Positions 60,117-64,000 of a DNA stretch of 64,000 nt are shown in pieces (the first letter of the stretch is position 1; the number at the start of each line of letters is the position of its first letter). The position numbers and the translations under genes are program-made. The stretch is taken from positions 8,667 through 72,666 of the forward strand of contig DASZRD010000004.1 of NCBI GenBank assembly GCA_035549255.1, read 5' to 3'. The notes beneath the pieces were generated by a model that was not told the origin of the DNA, ran no database searches, and saw nothing but the letters and a program-made list of their open reading frames with translations. The stretch is from Minisyncoccota bacterium (lineage in GTDB: Bacteria; Patescibacteriota; Minisyncoccia; Phycocordibacterales; SBAW01).

Positions 60117-60419
60117 TTATACGCGCTTCTTCCGCGCGGCGAGCACTCCCCGAACCGACGGGCTTATCTTTTTGTCGGTGCGATGGATGCAGCCGATCCA
60201 GCAGCACGGCCGGCGCATCCCTTCCGTAAGTTCAGAGACGACTCTGCGCACATGGTCATCCCTGGTCTCCGCCTTCTTGACCGAGATAGTCCAGCAAATC
60301 CACTCGTTGCGCGCAAGCGGCGAGATATCTTCCCAGGCCGCAAGCGCTTTGCGATCCGCCACGAGGGCTTTCTTGAGGTCCGGCGGCAGCGTGTGTACTG
60401 TTCCTGAAGATACTTTCAT
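60117..60419 (-). CDS. YdeI/OmpD-associated family protein
   Basis: LPPDL..AL, RNEWICW, KKAETR, RRPCCW.GC. Confidence 0.85.
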   Translation of the reverse strand: MKVSSGTVHTLPPDLKKALVADRKALAAWEDISPLARNEWICWTISVKKAETRDDHVRRVVSELTEGMRRPCCWIGCIHRTDKKISPSVRGVLAARKKRV

Positions 60420-60450
60420 GGCGCGATTATATGGAGCGCTGCAGGATTGG

Positions 60451-60957
60451 TTATGCAGTCTCGTCAAACGGAAGGCCATTGATATAGTCCGCCTTGCCGA
60501 TTGCGACATCGTTCTTGCGCACGAGGCCGTACGCGATCGTAACGTGGAAGAAGAAGTTCGGCAGCGCATAGTAGCGCGCGTAATCGAGGCCCGGCATGCT
60601 CTTTTCCTTCCAATACGGCAGCGTGACGCGGCGCTCAGGGGCGCCCTCAAAGGATTCCTTGGATACTGACTCGACAAACGCGATCGTCTTGTCGATGCGT
60701 GCGAGGAGCTCATCCACTGTAGACTCGGTATCTTCCATCTTCGGCGGCTCGATGCCTGCCAAACGTGCGGTCGCGCCCTTAGCGTGGTCGCAGGCGGTCT
60801 GCACCTGCTTCACGAATGGGAACATATCGGGCGCAAGACGGTCGGCAAGCAGCGCCGCTTCGTCGAGGCCGTGGGACTTCGCCTTGGCGAGGACGGTCTT
60901 GAGGCCGCCGAGGGATTTGATAAATACAGGCACGATGAAATCGTATAGTGATTGCAT
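60451..60957 (-). CDS. DUF1993 family protein
   Basis: RLAPDMFPF..QVQ, LPNFFFH...AY, IGK.DY. Confidence 0.93.
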   Translation of the reverse strand: MQSLYDFIVPVFIKSLGGLKTVLAKAKSHGLDEAALLADRLAPDMFPFVKQVQTACDHAKGATARLAGIEPPKMEDTESTVDELLARIDKTIAFVESVSKESFEGAPERRVTLPYWKEKSMPGLDYARYYALPNFFFHVTIAYGLVRKNDVAIGKADYINGLPFDETA

Positions 60958-61018
60958 GAGCATGATTGTACACGAACGTTGTGGGAAAAAGAACATGGCA
61001 TAATAAACGCATTATTGT

Positions 61019-62260
61019 ATGCGCAGGCTCCGCGAAGTAAAGCATCGCCTCCCCCGCGCCGGCTCGCGGTGGCGGCTCGGAGTCATGTCGGGCATGGTGT
61101 TCTTCTTCGTCATTTTCGACGGGATCATCATGTACCTCGCACCCATCGTGATGCAGAACGCGGGCGTGTCGCTCGGCACCATCGGCCTCCTGCTCGGCCT
61201 CTCGTCGGTCGCGGGGATGTGCTTCGATGTGATCCTGCTCAGAGCCCTCGAGAACACCGGCTATCGCGCGATATTTTCTTACATGTTCCTCGTGGCGCTC
61301 ACCGTGCCGTACTTCCTCTTCGCGCAGAATACCGTCACGTTTTATCTCCTCGCGATGGCGGCATGGGGCCTCTATTACAATCTCTACTTTATCGGCTCGC
61401 TCGACTTCGTGCGGCAGAGCGCGGGCGTACATGAGCACACGTCCTCCTTCGGCGTGCTCAAGGTCTTCGAGGGGCTGGGATATCTGCTGGCGCCCTTCTT
61501 TGGCTCGCTGGTCCTGCTGACAATCTCTGCGGCATATCCGATGCCGGCGTGGATCTTTCTGCCGCTCATGATCGCCTTTATGCTCTTCATGCTGCTGGCT
61601 CTGCGCCGTGCGAGACCGCGCGTCGTCGAACACAAGAAGAGAGATGCGCTCAGCACGCTGGTGCAGATCGGCATTTGGCGCTCGATCGGCCGCGTGATAT
61701 TCCCCCTTCTCCTCCTCACGCTCATCATCAATCTCGTCGACGCTGCCGTGTGGACGATTGGCCCCCTCTTCTCCGAGTCGCTCTCGATCCCCGGCGGGCT
61801 CACCGGCGGCGCGTTCATGCTCGCCTATACGATCCCGCCGCTTATTGTCGGATGGTTCGTGGGGTCGCTCGTCGCGCGCAGGGGCGCCAAGCGCGTAGGC
61901 ATGGGTTCGCTTCTTATCGGATCGCTCCTCCTCATACCGATCGGCGTCATGAGCTCGGCCGCGGCGCTGGTGGGCGCGATATTCTTGGTGTCGATATTCT
62001 TCTCGCTCATCTGGCCTACGATCAACGGCGCGTTCGAGGACACAATCGCCGCCTCGCCCCAATATCACGAAGAGATCGAGACCATCGGCGACTGGTTCAC
62101 CAATATCGGTGACACCTTAGGCCCCATGCTCGGCGGCTATGCGGCGCAGATTTTCGGCGTGCAGCACTCCTTCGCTATCATGGGCATCTGCGGCGTACTG
62201 GTAGCAATCATCCTCCTGCGCGCCACGCCGCCGGCGCTTGTGCAAAAGATCGTTTCCTAA
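61019..62260 (+). CDS. MFS transporter
   Basis: About 12 TMs, G..LGP.LGG motif. Confidence 0.85.
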   Translation: MRRLREVKHRLPRAGSRWRLGVMSGMVFFFVIFDGIIMYLAPIVMQNAGVSLGTIGLLLGLSSVAGMCFDVILLRALENTGYRAIFSYMFLVALTVPYFLFAQNTVTFYLLAMAAWGLYYNLYFIGSLDFVRQSAGVHEHTSSFGVLKVFEGLGYLLAPFFGSLVLLTISAAYPMPAWIFLPLMIAFMLFMLLALRRARPRVVEHKKRDALSTLVQIGIWRSIGRVIFPLLLLTLIINLVDAAVWTIGPLFSESLSIPGGLTGGAFMLAYTIPPLIVGWFVGSLVARRGAKRVGMGSLLIGSLLLIPIGVMSSAAALVGAIFLVSIFFSLIWPTINGAFEDTIAASPQYHEEIETIGDWFTNIGDTLGPMLGGYAAQIFGVQHSFAIMGICGVLVAIILLRATPPALVQKIVS

Positions 62261-62281
62261 ATCTAGCGAATCAGATCAATA

Positions 62282-63223
62282 TTATGGCGACGGCACCCGG
62301 GAAATAGCGCCGGTCGCGCGGTCGTAGGAATACTGGCCGCAGTCTGGGCATGCCTGCTCTCCCTCGCCATCTCCCTTTTGATATTTAAAGAATAATATTT
62401 TCAAGCCATCTTTGGAGATCGATACTCCCTGCTGCGTGCCGTAGGGAAACACTTGTACGGTGTCGGCGTTCTTGTCGATGATACAGATTGCGTTGTCATT
62501 GGGGTAGCCGATCACGCTGCCGTCTTGCGAAAACGCTGGCGGATATACCTGCGGGTAAATGATATCGGTGCTCGATGTGTTGCACGCCGCGGGCAGCGCC
62601 TTGGCGTACTGAGTATTATCGGTCATGAGGCTCACCGGGCCGATCACGTCGGAGTTTTGATAAATAAAATTCTTGTCGTGAGGAACAGGTACGAGAGTAA
62701 AGGTCGCCGCGTCGGCGCCCTGAAGCGGCCGGTAGAGGTTGTAGACATGAGTCGCATCTTTGCCGTAGCCGGTCTGCATGTTGTCCGACCCCGGCACCGG
62801 CACGATGCTGAATGTCTTGGGGTCAGCGCCCGGCAGAAGATAATACCCTTCCCAATATACATGAGATGCATCCTCGGCGTATTCTCCGTTGATGACCGTG
62901 AAGGTCGCAGGGTCTGCGTCGTTGACGATCTGATTGCACCAATACACGTAGTGCCTGTCCTTGCCGTAATTGCCGAGCGAAGAGACCTGGAACGTTGCGT
63001 AATCTGCCTCAGGCATAGCGTTGCCCATGCAATATACGGTAGTGTCCTGCCGCGAAAACCAGGTAAAGCCTTGGCCGTTGACCCAATTCATCGGCAGCGC
63101 GCTTACAGGAAGCCAGGTGATCTGCACGGGGGTTGCTGACGGTGCCTTGAACAGAAGAATATACAGCCCACCTACGGTAAGCATAAGGGCTGCGGCGGCT
63201 CCGAAAATAATCTTTTTTCGCAT
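62282..63223 (-). CDS. DKNYY-repeat membrane-anchored protein
   Basis: Repeated AD..TF...Y.KD..HVY units. Confidence 0.85.
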   Translation of the reverse strand: MRKKIIFGAAAALMLTVGGLYILLFKAPSATPVQITWLPVSALPMNWVNGQGFTWFSRQDTTVYCMGNAMPEADYATFQVSSLGNYGKDRHYVYWCNQIVNDADPATFTVINGEYAEDASHVYWEGYYLLPGADPKTFSIVPVPGSDNMQTGYGKDATHVYNLYRPLQGADAATFTLVPVPHDKNFIYQNSDVIGPVSLMTDNTQYAKALPAACNTSSTDIIYPQVYPPAFSQDGSVIGYPNDNAICIIDKNADTVQVFPYGTQQGVSISKDGLKILFFKYQKGDGEGEQACPDCGQYSYDRATGAISRVPSP

Positions 63224-63262
63224 GGCTTTGGCGTTCAGGACATACTGCAGACAATCATTTTA

Positions 63263-63724
63263 TTATGAAGGGGCAACGATGAAGCGAACGAAGTAATCCG
63301 GCGCTCCCTGAACAACGCTCTTTACGCGCAGGTCGACTTCACCATTCCCATCAAGCTCCACCTGTGTCGACCAGCATTCCGGCGTAGCCTCGTACGCTTC
63401 GCCGGGAAGACCGCCGTTCGATATATATCCTCCCGTGGCGTTGCCTGAGACAGTGGTCCAGGAATGGAGGATGTCCTCGGGATACAAACTTTTTGGCGTA
63501 TTGATGAAGAGGCGCGTCGTGTCCTTCACATATTGGACGGAATTATTCGATATCGGCGTATTCACGGTGCCGCTCGGGTTTTCGGAATGACACGCAAGAA
63601 TGGCGGCCGCATACGAGCCGGGGCCGTGTCGGTCGTAGGTGTACCACACAGCGCATGCTCCCGCCGCGACGAGCGCCAGAAGGATGCCTGCTCTTATGCC
63701 TATATACATGCTTTTTCGTTTCAT
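63263..63724 (-). CDS. membrane-anchored hypothetical protein
   Basis: Basic N-terminus, TM, two Cys. Confidence 0.65.
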   Translation of the reverse strand: MKRKSMYIGIRAGILLALVAAGACAVWYTYDRHGPGSYAAAILACHSENPSGTVNTPISNNSVQYVKDTTRLFINTPKSLYPEDILHSWTTVSGNATGGYISNGGLPGEAYEATPECWSTQVELDGNGEVDLRVKSVVQGAPDYFVRFIVAPS

Positions 63725-63805
63725 GCGATTACGTATGCGCGGCTTCGAACGAGGCACTATCGGGCGTTGGATATGGGCAAGTATAGCAAACTGCCCTGCC
63801 GCCAC

Positions 63806-64000
63806 TTAGCCTCGTATCCCGTGGCGATAGCTGATGGCGCCGATTGCCTGCACAATAAACAGCGTCACGGCCGTGCCAAAGTTGCCCGTAATCAACGATA
63901 CGAGCCAGAATACGAGCAGCGTGAAGTTGAGCACCATATAGGCGCGTCGCGTCGCGCGCATCGTGAGGAGCTGTTCGCGCTCGTCTTCTTCCTGAAAATC
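63806..64000 (-). CDS. membrane protein, DUF2178-like (5' truncated by window edge)
   Basis: EDERE....RATRRAY followed by two TMs; stop at 63806-63808. Confidence 0.65.
   Translation of the reverse strand, partial: DFQEEDEREQLLTMRATRRAYMVLNFTLLVFWLVSLITGNFGTAVTLFIVQAIGAISYRHGIRG

Overview
Bacterial chromosome segment read in the standard genetic code. Gene content and architecture point to Patescibacteria/CPR (Parcubacteria-like); this is an inference from the short ValS, compact RNase P RNA, HTH + tail-fibre/S74 giant protein and LamG adhesins. Housekeeping genes are tsaD, valS, lepA, murJ, htpX, lemA, groEL/ES, secG, rnj, mutY, msrB, lexA, typA and rlmH, plus four tRNAs and rnpB. Also present are a surface-protein island (two tri-LamG proteins and a 1602-aa fibre protein), a class F sortase with an LPNTG substrate, and a MarR-regulated efflux operon. 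No transposase, integrase, reverse transcriptase or CRISPR array was found. The most notable unexplained signals are: (1) a stand-alone ~310-nt multi-helix noncoding transcript at ~48512-48825 with a consensus promoter and terminator, near orphan winged-helix-like and Sm/LSm-like ORFs; (2) an 80-nt palindrome translated in frame inside lepA, sharing a 12-mer with an intergenic hairpin; (3) apparently leaderless core genes contrasting with Shine-Dalgarno-led monocistronic orphan cassettes, one bracketed by an exact 38-bp repeat; (4) a pentapeptide mini-gene with a very strong SD; (5) an AT-rich patch inside groEL; (6) a LexA with a lexA3-like cleavage site. All calls were made by eye; no database searches or folding programs were run.
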